Source: an uncultured Nannocystaceae bacterium
GTDB taxonomy: Bacteria; Myxococcota_A; Polyangia; Nannocystales; Nannocystaceae
Reading direction: 5' to 3'
Length of the DNA stretch: 64,000 nucleotides
Assembly: GCA_964468635.1 (NCBI GenBank)
Contig: CAYXVR010000013.1
Span: forward strand, 40,389 to 104,388
Positions 17,611 through 26,180 of this stretch are shown here, piece by piece (the first letter of the stretch is position 1; each line of letters opens with the position of its first letter). The position numbers and the translations under genes were made by a program. The notes under the pieces were generated by a model that was not told the DNA's origin, did not search any database, and was given only the letters and a program-made list of their open reading frames with translations.

Positions 17611-19470
17611 ATGCGTCGCTTCGCGATCGCGCTGGGCCTGTCGACCGCGTGCGGGCACCCCGGTCCGGCCGTGCCCGACGAGGCCCCGGTCGCCGAGCCC
17701 TCCGCGGCGGCGGCGCCCGGGCCCGCGCCGGCCGATGCACCGAGGCCGACCCCTGCGCTCGGTGAGCCCGTCGTGCTCGTGACCGATCCGGCCGTGCTCG
17801 CTCGCATCGAGGGTGCGGGGTGGACGTTCGCGGCGACGGCGTTCGACTCGAGCGCGAGCGACACCGCCGCGCTCGCGAAGGACTCGCACTGGCGCGCGAT
17901 CGTGAAGACGATCGCCGGCGACGTCGCGGCGGTGGGCGCCGGCGATGCGAAGGCGGGCGTGGGGCTGCGCTTCACACATCGATTGTTCGACGTGCGATGG
18001 CTCGAGTCGGAGCGCGCGTGGCTCGAGCTCGTCGGGGTCGTGAATCGGATCGATCGGCGCGTGTTCCATCCCGGCACGTGCGGTGAGACGCGGCTCGTCT
18101 ACCGGCTCGCGCACCGCGCGAAGCAGGGGCGCGAAGAGGTGCGATCGCGGCTGCCGATGACCGTGAACGTCGTGATGTGGCAGCCCGACGACGGGGCGGG
18201 TTGTCGCGACGTCGCGAAGCGCTGGCTCGTGCCGAAGAATGGCGACGTCGCGGAGCGGCTGCTCGCCGACGACGGTCCGCTCGCGGCTTCACGGCGCGGC
18301 GTCGCGGGGCTGAAGTCGATCGAGGTCGACGTGCAGACGTCGCGGTGGCCGGGCACGATCCGGCCGGATCTGGGCGGGCACGCGACGTATCTGCTGCGCG
18401 TGTTCCATCGCGATGGGAAGCGGACGTTCGCCGCGCCGCTCGAGAACACGCCGGACATCGCGCGGCTGCTCGCGTCGAAGCGCGATCGCGAGGCGTTGCT
18501 CGCGTGGATCCGCGAGCCGGCGACGCTCGACGCGATCGATCGCGGCACGGTGCTCATGCCGGATGCGTTCGCGGCGAAGGCCTCGCAGTCGTTCACGCCG
18601 CGGGGGCTCGCGCGGCTCGGCAATCGGCCGTTCTCGCAGCTGGTGTCGGCGCGCGAGCTCGGCGATCTCGCGCTCGAGTCGCGCACGCACGTGAAGTCGC
18701 CGGCGGCGCTCCTGCGCCGGCTCGACGAGCTCACGTGCGCCGGCTGTCACGAGACTCGCAGCATCGCGGGCTTCCATCTGCTCGGCGAAGAGGCGGCGGA
18801 TCTCGATCGCGTGGATGCGCTGAAGGTCGGCTCGTCGCCGCACCTGCTCGGCGATGTGGCCCGTCGCACCGCGTACGTCGCCGCACTCGCGCGCGGTGAG
18901 TCACCCGACGAGGCGCGGCCGCTGGCCGACAGCGATCCCACGCCGGGCGCGTACGGATCGCACTGCGGGCTCGGCGATCCGGGCTTCGCGGCGCTGCGGT
19001 GCAACGACGGCCTGGTGTGCACCGTCATCGACGACCCCGAGCTCGGCACGTGCCTGCCGTCCGCCCGCGGGGCCGGCGATCCCTGCGAGCTCGGAGCGAT
19101 GAAGACGTACGCCGATCCGAGGCGCGACCGGGTGAAGCACGACGACGTGCTCTCGTGCGAGCGCGACGGCGTGTGCGATCGCAACGGCGTCGGCTTCCCG
19201 GCAGGCATGTGCGTCGTCGCGTGCGCGAGCATGACGGACGACGAGGCGTGCGGCGGGATCCCCCAGCTCACCGGCTTCAACAACTGCCTCGCGGCCGGCC
19301 GTCGCTTCGCCGACTGCGTGCGGGAGAACGCGAGCCCCGCCGCGATGCGGTCGTGCGACGTGGATCATCCCTGCCGCGACGACTACATCTGCGCGCAGGC
19401 GGGCGATCGCGGCGTGTGCATGCCCCCGTACTTCCTCTACCAGCTGCGCGTGGACGGGCACCCCGGATAG
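17611..19470 (+). CDS. Lipoprotein with a single CXXCH haem-binding-type motif and a Cys-rich C-terminal region.
   Basis: The start is MRRFAIALGLSTACGH, a lipobox. It contains LTCAGCHETRSIAGFH (CXXCH). The C-terminal 130 aa hold about 16 Cys. The ORF-track entry 16708..19470 includes a spurious 5' extension. Confidence 0.55.
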   Translation: MRRFAIALGLSTACGHPGPAVPDEAPVAEPSAAAAPGPAPADAPRPTPALGEPVVLVTDPAVLARIEGAGWTFAATAFDSSASDTAALAKDSHWRAIVKTIAGDVAAVGAGDAKAGVGLRFTHRLFDVRWLESERAWLELVGVVNRIDRRVFHPGTCGETRLVYRLAHRAKQGREEVRSRLPMTVNVVMWQPDDGAGCRDVAKRWLVPKNGDVAERLLADDGPLAASRRGVAGLKSIEVDVQTSRWPGTIRPDLGGHATYLLRVFHRDGKRTFAAPLENTPDIARLLASKRDREALLAWIREPATLDAIDRGTVLMPDAFAAKASQSFTPRGLARLGNRPFSQLVSARELGDLALESRTHVKSPAALLRRLDELTCAGCHETRSIAGFHLLGEEAADLDRVDALKVGSSPHLLGDVARRTAYVAALARGESPDEARPLADSDPTPGAYGSHCGLGDPGFAALRCNDGLVCTVIDDPELGTCLPSARGAGDPCELGAMKTYADPRRDRVKHDDVLSCERDGVCDRNGVGFPAGMCVVACASMTDDEACGGIPQLTGFNNCLAAGRRFADCVRENASPAAMRSCDVDHPCRDDYICAQAGDRGVCMPPYFLYQLRVDGHPG

Positions 19471-19484
19471 CGTATTCTCCGCCC

Positions 19485-21206
19485 GTGGATCGGCAGCCGC
19501 CGCGCGCTTCCAGCAACGAGATCGACCTCTACGTGCGCACGTACTACTCGCTGTTGCGCAGCAGTGGCGACGTGCGGGTGCGCGCGTTCGAGGAGGCGCA
19601 CGCGTACAGCGACTCGAGCCTGCACTCGGGCGCGCGCGAGCCGTTGCCGGACGTCGCCGCGTTCGCCTATGCGGCGGCGCGATTGCCCGCGTGCATGCCC
19701 GACCTCGAGCGGCTGGTGATCGGGCAGAGCAACGAGCAGTTCGAGGCGCAGGGGCTCGCCGTGCGCTCATGGGATCCGGTCGTCACCCGCGGGCGTCGGC
19801 GACCGCTGCGGTGGGACGGGCGCGGCACGCTCGCGGTGTACGTGAGCAGCGCGTCGGACATCGACGACCTCGTGCCCATCGTCACTGCGTGGCAGATCGA
19901 GTGGAACAAGATGCACACGGCGCTGTCGCGCTCTCCCGAGCGCGAGCTGTTGCTCGGACCGGCGTCGGCCGACGCGCTCGCGATGGCGCTCGGCACCGCG
20001 CTCGGCATCTCCGCCGACGACATCGGCGTGCTCCGCGGGGCGTTCGCCGGCACCTTCGCGCGCGCGGTGAATCTACTGGCAGCGCGGCCCACCGATCTCA
20101 CGGTGCGACTGCTCGCGGGCACGCTGCTCGAGTACCGACGCGCGTCGCAGCGGTGGTGGAGCGGCATCGAGAGCGGCTACGCGCGCCCGAGCGAGCGCCC
20201 GCGTCCGGTGTACTTCGTGTCGTCGAACACGCACGCGATGCCCAACCTGCTCGCCGGATACGCGCGAGCCCATCGCGACGAGATGCTCGCGTTCATCCGC
20301 CAGCACGACGCCGAGGCGCTCGCCGACGACGTCGATCACGCGATCGAGCGCGGCGACGACGACGAGCTCGCGAACCTCTCCTACTACCTCTTGCGGCAGT
20401 CGCTACGCTTCGACCCCGACGGCACGCGGCTGAAGACGGTGCAGGCGTGGGACGAGGGCAGCGGTGTCACGACGCTGCGCGATCCGGGCCAGCTCGACGT
20501 CGCGGCGCAGCTCGTGGAGCTGCGGCGGCTGCAACCCGATCGGCTGGACCCGCGCGTGCGCGTGCCCGGGGTCGAGCGGCTCGCGGACTCCGACGCCGTG
20601 ATCATCAACATCGACTACCCGCTCGGCATGGCGGCGTACCACCACCTCACGCGCCTCGCCGAGGGCGTGGGCGAGATCCGCGGCGTGTACGTGATGGGCA
20701 AGGCCGCGACGCTGAACGGCCGCGTCGGCGACGTGATGGTGTCCACCGTGGGCTACGACGAGCACTCGCAGAACACGTACCTGTTCCGCAACTGCTTCGC
20801 GTCCGGCGACGTGCAGCCGTGGACGAAGGCGACCGTGCTCGACAACCAGAAGGCGCTCACGGTGCGCGGATCCTTCCTGCAGAACCGCGAGTACATGCAG
20901 GTGTTCTACCGCGAGGGCTACACCGTGCTCGAGATGGAGGCTGGCCCGTACCTGTCGGCGATCTACGAGCTCGTGCATCCCAAGCGCCATCCGCGGGACG
21001 AGATCGTGCACCTGTCGAACCTCGTGCCGTTCGACTTCGGGCTGCTCCACTACGCGTCGGACACGCCGTACTCGCGGCGCCAGACGCTCTTGTCGAAGAG
21101 CCTGTCGTACTTCGGCATGGACAGCACGTACGGGTGCGCAATCGCGATCGTGCGCCGCATCCTGTCCACCGAAGTCGCGCGGCTGTCGGCGCCCGTTGTA
21201 CCGTAG
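19485..21206 (+). CDS. Hypothetical protein with a C-terminal phosphorylase-superfamily-like (PNP/MTAN-type) fold signature.
   Basis: The frame is that of ORF 18999..21206. The first plausible start is a GTG 15 nt after the upstream stop, so the N-terminus is uncertain. The C-terminal segment AVIINIDYPLGMAAYHHLTRLAEGVGEIRGVYVMGKAATLNGRVGDVMVSTVGYDEHSQN resembles nucleoside-phosphorylase family cores. Confidence 0.45.
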   Translation: MDRQPPRASSNEIDLYVRTYYSLLRSSGDVRVRAFEEAHAYSDSSLHSGAREPLPDVAAFAYAAARLPACMPDLERLVIGQSNEQFEAQGLAVRSWDPVVTRGRRRPLRWDGRGTLAVYVSSASDIDDLVPIVTAWQIEWNKMHTALSRSPERELLLGPASADALAMALGTALGISADDIGVLRGAFAGTFARAVNLLAARPTDLTVRLLAGTLLEYRRASQRWWSGIESGYARPSERPRPVYFVSSNTHAMPNLLAGYARAHRDEMLAFIRQHDAEALADDVDHAIERGDDDELANLSYYLLRQSLRFDPDGTRLKTVQAWDEGSGVTTLRDPGQLDVAAQLVELRRLQPDRLDPRVRVPGVERLADSDAVIINIDYPLGMAAYHHLTRLAEGVGEIRGVYVMGKAATLNGRVGDVMVSTVGYDEHSQNTYLFRNCFASGDVQPWTKATVLDNQKALTVRGSFLQNREYMQVFYREGYTVLEMEAGPYLSAIYELVHPKRHPRDEIVHLSNLVPFDFGLLHYASDTPYSRRQTLLSKSLSYFGMDSTYGCAIAIVRRILSTEVARLSAPVVP

Positions 21207-21209
21207 GGC

Positions 21210-22607
21210 ATGCTCACTGCCCTGGGTCTCGTCGTGCTCGCCGCGCTGCCGGAGCAGTCGGTGGACGATCCGCAGTCGGTCACGGGTGGTGCCGACGCGA
21301 TGGAGTGCGCGTGGGTCGACACGGTCGCCGTCACCGGCGGTGGTGGCCTGTGCACCGGCGCGCTCGTGCATCCGCGCGTCGTCACGTATGCGGCGCACTG
21401 CGGCGACGGCGAGAAGGTGATTCGCTTCGGGCAGTCGGACAGCGGCGACGGGCTCGGGCAGACGGCCGCGACCTCGTTCTGTCGGATCAATCCCGAGTAC
21501 GTCGGCGTCTCCAACCAGGGCCAGGACTGGGCGTTCTGCGTGCTCGAGGAGCCGATCACGGAGATCCCGTTCACGCCGCCCTTGTACGGCTGCGAGCTCG
21601 ACGTGCTCGAGGCGGGGCTCGAGGTGTACATCGCGGGGTTCGGCGACGAGGTGGGTACCGGTGGTGCGGGCACGAAGCGGTGGGCGCAGACCACCGTGAT
21701 CTCGACGTTCGGCAACACGGCGACGATCGGCGGCGGCGGCGTGTCGACGTGCATGGGCGACTCGGGCGGCTCGGCGTTCGTGCTGATGGACGACGGCACG
21801 CTGCGTGCGATCTCGATGGTGTCCACCGGCACGGACTGCGGCAACGCGGGCGTGCACGCGCTCATGCATCCGGCGGTGCCGTGGATCGAGACGGAGGCGC
21901 AGATCGACATCACGCCGTGCCACGACGTCGACGGCACGTGGAATCCGACGTCGATGTGTACGGGCTTCTATGCCGGCAACGAGGTCGGGCACGGCACGTG
22001 GGAGGAGTGGTGTCCGGGCACGCCGATCGGGGGCGCGAGCGACACGTGCGGAGCGACGTTCGACGCCGAGGACGACGCCGATCCCCCGACGGTCGCGATC
22101 ACGTCGCCCGCCGACGGCGAGGAGATCGACGACGGATCGAACGTGACCATCGCGATCGATGCGGCCGATCCGGGATGGGGCGTGCGCCACGTGTGGATCG
22201 AGATCGACGGCATGGATCTCGGCGCGCGCGACGAGTACCCGCCGTACGAGTTTGCCGCGCTGCAGTTCCCTGACGGCATCTACGAGATCCGGGCGACGGC
22301 CGAGGACTGGGCGGGCAACGTCGCGATGTCGGAGACGATCACGATCGGCGTGGGCATGCCGGTGCCGAGCGACGAGGACACCGGCGATCCGGACGGCAGC
22401 ACGAGCGCGGACGACGGCGACACGACGAGCGCGACGGATCCGGACGACGACGACGACGACGAGAGCGACGACGACGACGGCGACAGCACGGGCCCGGACC
22501 AGACCGACGACGGTGGCGGCGGGGGGTGCACGTGCCGTGCGTCGGGCCCCGGCGCTGCGCCGTGGCTGCTGCTCCCCATCCTCTATAGAAGGATCCGGAG
22601 GCGCTGA
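21210..22607 (+). CDS. Trypsin-like (S1) serine protease with an Ig-like domain and a MYXO-CTERM sorting tail.
   Basis: The product has TYAAHCG (catalytic His) and CMGDSGGSAF (GDSGG catalytic Ser). The C-terminus GGGGGCTCRASGPGAAPWLLLPILYRRIRRR fits the MYXO-CTERM pattern of a Cys pair, a hydrophobic stretch and an Arg tail. Confidence 0.7.
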   Translation: MLTALGLVVLAALPEQSVDDPQSVTGGADAMECAWVDTVAVTGGGGLCTGALVHPRVVTYAAHCGDGEKVIRFGQSDSGDGLGQTAATSFCRINPEYVGVSNQGQDWAFCVLEEPITEIPFTPPLYGCELDVLEAGLEVYIAGFGDEVGTGGAGTKRWAQTTVISTFGNTATIGGGGVSTCMGDSGGSAFVLMDDGTLRAISMVSTGTDCGNAGVHALMHPAVPWIETEAQIDITPCHDVDGTWNPTSMCTGFYAGNEVGHGTWEEWCPGTPIGGASDTCGATFDAEDDADPPTVAITSPADGEEIDDGSNVTIAIDAADPGWGVRHVWIEIDGMDLGARDEYPPYEFAALQFPDGIYEIRATAEDWAGNVAMSETITIGVGMPVPSDEDTGDPDGSTSADDGDTTSATDPDDDDDDESDDDDGDSTGPDQTDDGGGGGCTCRASGPGAAPWLLLPILYRRIRRR

Positions 22608-23161
22608 TGCCGTTCATCGAGACGATCGCGCCCGAGCGCGCCGAGGGCTTGTTGAAGCGGATCTACGACGCGGCCATCCGCCGCGCCGGCAAGGTCTTCG
22701 CCGTGGTGCGGGTGCAGAGCCGCCAGCCCCGCGTGCTCGAGGCCTCGATGGAGCTCTACGTGCGAGCGATGCACGCGAAGGACGAGCCGCTGACGCGTGC
22801 GCAACGCGAGCTGCTCGCGACCTACGTGTCGATGATCAACGACTGCGAGTATTGACTGCGCGCGCACGCCGACGACCTCCGTGCCGAGGTCGCAAACCGC
22901 CCCGACGCCATCACCATCGCCGATACCCTCGAGCGCCGCGAAGTGCCGTCGCTTCCCCCGAACGACACGGCACTGCTCGCCTTCGCCGACAAGCTCACGC
23001 GCACGCCCTCGGCGATCCGCCAGCCCGACATCGACGCGCTGCGCGCCCACGGCTTCGACGACGCCGCGATCTCGCACGCGGTACAGGTGATCGCCCTCTT
23101 CGCCTACTACAACCGCATCGCCGACGGCCTCGGCATCCACACCCACGACGACGCAAAGTGA
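22607..23161 (+). CDS. AhpD-like / carboxymuconolactone-decarboxylase-family peroxidase-related protein interrupted by an in-frame TGA at 22853-22855. Either a selenoprotein candidate (CxxU) or a pseudogene.
   Basis: ORFs 22607..22855 and 22943..23161 are in the same frame. Translating through the TGA gives ...MINDCEY[TGA]LRAHADDLRAEVANRPDAITIADTLERREVPSLPPNDTALLAF..., which places the TGA at the second Cys of the AhpD catalytic CxxCxxxH motif. A 7-bp-stem hairpin lies at 22873-22892. Confidence 0.5.
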
Positions 23162-23212
23162 CGTCGGCCCACTTCTGGCGACTCGAGATGGATCGCTGCC
23201 ATCGCGCTTCCG

Positions 23213-24049
23213 TCAGCATTCGTCTTGCAGCGGGAGCAGTGGGTCGTCGGTGCGCGGACTCCTCGGCGAGCCGAGGGTGCTCCGATCGCGGTGATCGGTC
23301 TCTGCCGAATCAAGATGTCGGCGTGAGGTCGCAGAACCCGCGATCGGTCCGCGGTGCGGAGCCGCATCTCTCGCGGCTCGCTTGCGCGAGGCCTTCGTCG
23401 CAGGCCCATGCTTCCCCGGCACGGCGTCGACGTCGAGCAGGCCGAGGCGGCGCCAGCCCTCGCGCAGGAGCCACGATTGCGGTGGCGAGGTGCCGTAGTC
23501 GGCGAAGCGATGCTCCGTCGCGGGCGGCTCGCTCCAGCCGTCGAAGATCGCCGCAGTGCTGCGGGGATCGATCCAGCATCGGGGAAGCACCACGCCGCGC
23601 TGCGCCGCGTGGTGTCGCGCGTTCGACAGCACGTAGTGGAGGGCATTGCGCACCTCCGTCGGCGTCGTCAGCTCGCGCGCGTGATAGCGACCCGCGACCA
23701 CGGGGCCTCTCCGCCCGAAGCAGCCGTTGATCGACTTCGCGAAACGCGTGCAGAAGGTCTGCATCCCGAGCGCGAGGCCTTCGCGGCTGTCGCTCTCCAC
23801 CATCTGATGCATGTGCTCACGCTGCACGGAGTAGTGCACGAACCGAGTGGGCGTCCGCCCTCGCACGGCCGTGAACGTGCGCACGATGGCCGCCCACGCG
23901 GCGGGCTGCCGCAGGTCGGGAACATCGTCGCGCACCCGGATGGTGACGATCAGTGGGTTGTACGAACGCACGCGTGGTCGCACGGCGTGCGGCACCATCG
24001 GTCTCGCGCTCGCTCGCTTGCGCCCAGCACCCTTGCGCGCGCCACCCAC
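23213..24049 (-). CDS. IS200/IS605-like (Y1 HUH, RAYT-like) transposase.
   Basis: The HUH motif is EHMHQMV. The catalytic Tyr context is TEVRNALHYVLSNARHH. Size and composition fit Y1 transposases. Confidence 0.55.
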   Translation of the reverse strand: MGGARKGAGRKRASARPMVPHAVRPRVRSYNPLIVTIRVRDDVPDLRQPAAWAAIVRTFTAVRGRTPTRFVHYSVQREHMHQMVESDSREGLALGMQTFCTRFAKSINGCFGRRGPVVAGRYHARELTTPTEVRNALHYVLSNARHHAAQRGVVLPRCWIDPRSTAAIFDGWSEPPATEHRFADYGTSPPQSWLLREGWRRLGLLDVDAVPGKHGPATKASRKRAARDAAPHRGPIAGSATSRRHLDSAETDHRDRSTLGSPRSPRTDDPLLPLQDEC

Positions 24050-24224
24050 GTCGGCAACTCGAGCTCGAGCTGCTTTGCGATCTTCCTACGCTTCGATTCC
24101 ATCGCGCTCATCTACTGCATCGAAGGAAGACGTCAAGGATGAATCGAGTCGTCGTGCACTTTTTCTTCCTCTTCGATCCTCCGTCGCCGACACGAGACGT
24201 TCGATGTCTGCCGAATCAAGATGG
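23301..24224. mobile_element. Putative IS unit: the RAYT-like gene bounded by 17-bp direct repeats TCTGCCGAATCAAGATG.
   Basis: Identical 17-mers occur at 23301-23317 and 24208-24224. Both are followed by similar G/C-rich sequence (gtcggcg versus ggcgagc). The left copy lies inside the 3' end of the transposase ORF. Confidence 0.35.
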
Positions 24225-24280
24225 CGAGCAGTCTCTCGCGAGCGCGATGCCGCTGCGGCGAGAACACTCGTCGCGTCGAT

Positions 24281-25198
24281 TTAGATCGCGAGCAGCCTGC
24301 GCAGCGACGGTTCGTGCAGATCGGCTTCGCGTTCGCCCATCTCCACCGTCGCGTCGACGAGGTCCGGGCGCGTGTAGTCCCAGCGTTCGACTGGGACCGG
24401 GCGCGACGGCGCGACGTAGAGGCGCGCGCCGTGCTCGCCCAGCACGTGCGCGGGATAGGGGCGCGTCAGCAGCACGAGGTTCTTGCGCACGTCGGGCACC
24501 GACTCCGCCGCAGCGGCGGGCACGTTGTCGATCATGCCGCCGTCGAGCAGTCGATGGCCCCGAAAACGTCCGATCGGTGTGAACGGAGGCGTCGACGACG
24601 ATGCGATCACGAGGTCGGCGAGCTCGTCGGGTGTCTCGCACGCGCGCAGATCGAACAGGTGCGGCGAGAAGCCGAGGCGCTGGCCGAAGCTCGGATGCAC
24701 CATGTCGGGGCGCAGTCGCTTCTCGAGGTTGTACGCCGACAGGCCCATCAACGCGCCGAGCGGAGCCGGCACCGCGCGGGGAAAGAGCGCCGCGAGCACG
24801 AGCACGGGAAACGGCTGCGCGCGCAGGTTCTCGAGCCCACCTTCGGCCGCCGCACACAGGAGCGTGTCGCGATAGATCGGTCCGTGCGGCGCCGGGCTGC
24901 GCCCGCGCAACAGCCGGCTCCACTGCAGGTTGTTCGTGAGCCCGCCGCGACGCCGCGTCCAGAAGTGTCGCGTCTGCACCTCGCGACCCGACAACCACAG
25001 CACCGCGACGCATGCACCCGCGGAGCACGACGCGACGGCGGCGAGACGCGGAATCAGCCGCTCGCCCCACCGATGCAACAACCCGAGCTCGTAGAACGCC
25101 CGGTTGCCCCCGCCCGCGAGCGTGAGGCCGATGTTGCGCCGTAGGGCGAGGGCGTGTCGATCCACGCGGGCCAACGATGGACCCGCGCGCCGCCGCAC
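24281..25198 (-). CDS. Patatin-like phospholipase.
   Basis: LAGGGNRAFYELG is the GGGxR/K oxyanion motif. SCSAGA is a GxSxG-like nucleophile motif. DGGMIDNVP is the catalytic Asp DGG motif. Confidence 0.65.
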   Translation of the reverse strand: MRRRAGPSLARVDRHALALRRNIGLTLAGGGNRAFYELGLLHRWGERLIPRLAAVASCSAGACVAVLWLSGREVQTRHFWTRRRGGLTNNLQWSRLLRGRSPAPHGPIYRDTLLCAAAEGGLENLRAQPFPVLVLAALFPRAVPAPLGALMGLSAYNLEKRLRPDMVHPSFGQRLGFSPHLFDLRACETPDELADLVIASSSTPPFTPIGRFRGHRLLDGGMIDNVPAAAAESVPDVRKNLVLLTRPYPAHVLGEHGARLYVAPSRPVPVERWDYTRPDLVDATVEMGEREADLHEPSLRRLLAI

Positions 25199-25281
25199 TC
25201 AAGCGCGATCGTCACTCGCACACGGTGGCGAGCGCCGCCTCGCACACGCCGATCTGTACGTCGGCGACGAGGTCGATGCCC

Positions 25282-26148
25282 TCAGCCCTCGTCGTCGCAG
25301 GACCACCACAGCCAGGGCTCGCAGACGTCGCCTGGGCGAATGTCGTGCGTGCGGCCGCAGCGAGAGCTGGTGCACTCGTAGTCGTCGCCGCACGGGACCC
25401 CCTCGGCGAGCAACGCTGCGCACGTCGGACCGCCCACCGCGTCGAGATCGCAGAACGCATCCGGGCCGCAGTGCGCTTCGGAGCCCGCACACGGCTCGCC
25501 GATCTGCGGGCGAGGCCGACACGTGCCGAACGTGTCGTCCAGGACGTCGTCCGGCAGATACACGTCGTCGCAGTACGAATCGGGCCCGCACCGCGGCGGG
25601 TGGTCGCCCGCGCGACACTCGATGTCCGTGAACGATTCGCAGGGATCGATGCAGCGCGTGCGCTCCTCGCTGCACTTGTTGCCGAACGGGTCGTCACAGT
25701 CGTAGATCCGCGCCGTGTACGTCTGGCACAAGAGCCCCTGGGCGCAGTCGTCGTGGCCCGGCGGCCACCCCTCGCACGTCTCGCCCAGACCGCGCGTGCC
25801 GTAGAACGTCTTGCACGGGGGCTCGCATCGAGTCGGCGGTTCATGGCACTCGGCCTGACGCTCGAAGCACTCGGGATCCGCCCAGAGGCCGTCGGCGGCC
25901 CCGCTCTCGGCGGCGTTGAGGTAATCGATGTACTGCGACGGCCCGCACCGAGCGACGTCCGGCGCGGTCTGGGGCCGCGCGGGCGGAACACAGCACTGCT
26001 GTTCCGACTCGCAATGCTTGATCGCGAGCGCGACGAGGTCGATGGGCTCGCCATCCTCGGTCTGCAGGTCGCCGACGTTGCGCGATACCGCTTCGCATGC
26101 GGTGGTGAAGGTGAGGAGGAACAGCAGCGTGCTCGTGCGATCGGTCAT
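25282..26148 (-). CDS. Cys-rich secreted lipoprotein.
   Basis: The product starts MTDRTSTLLFLLTFTTACEAVS, a lipobox. It has about 38 Cys in 288 aa, with repeated CxxxC / CxDPC patterns (CEPPCKTF, CIDPCESF, CGDDYEC). It sits in the tail of the artefactual Arg-rich ORF 25282..27390. Confidence 0.55.
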   Translation of the reverse strand: MTDRTSTLLFLLTFTTACEAVSRNVGDLQTEDGEPIDLVALAIKHCESEQQCCVPPARPQTAPDVARCGPSQYIDYLNAAESGAADGLWADPECFERQAECHEPPTRCEPPCKTFYGTRGLGETCEGWPPGHDDCAQGLLCQTYTARIYDCDDPFGNKCSEERTRCIDPCESFTDIECRAGDHPPRCGPDSYCDDVYLPDDVLDDTFGTCRPRPQIGEPCAGSEAHCGPDAFCDLDAVGGPTCAALLAEGVPCGDDYECTSSRCGRTHDIRPGDVCEPWLWWSCDDEG

Positions 26149-26180
26149 CGATGCTCCTGCACACGTCGTGAGCGGATCCG

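Noticed and set aside
22853-22855. Calling 22607-23161 simply two separate small genes (82 aa and 72 aa).
   Set aside because: Both pieces are in the same frame and together reconstitute one AhpD/CMD-like domain, with the break exactly at the catalytic motif. A recoded or pseudogenised single gene explains this better than two independent ORFs.
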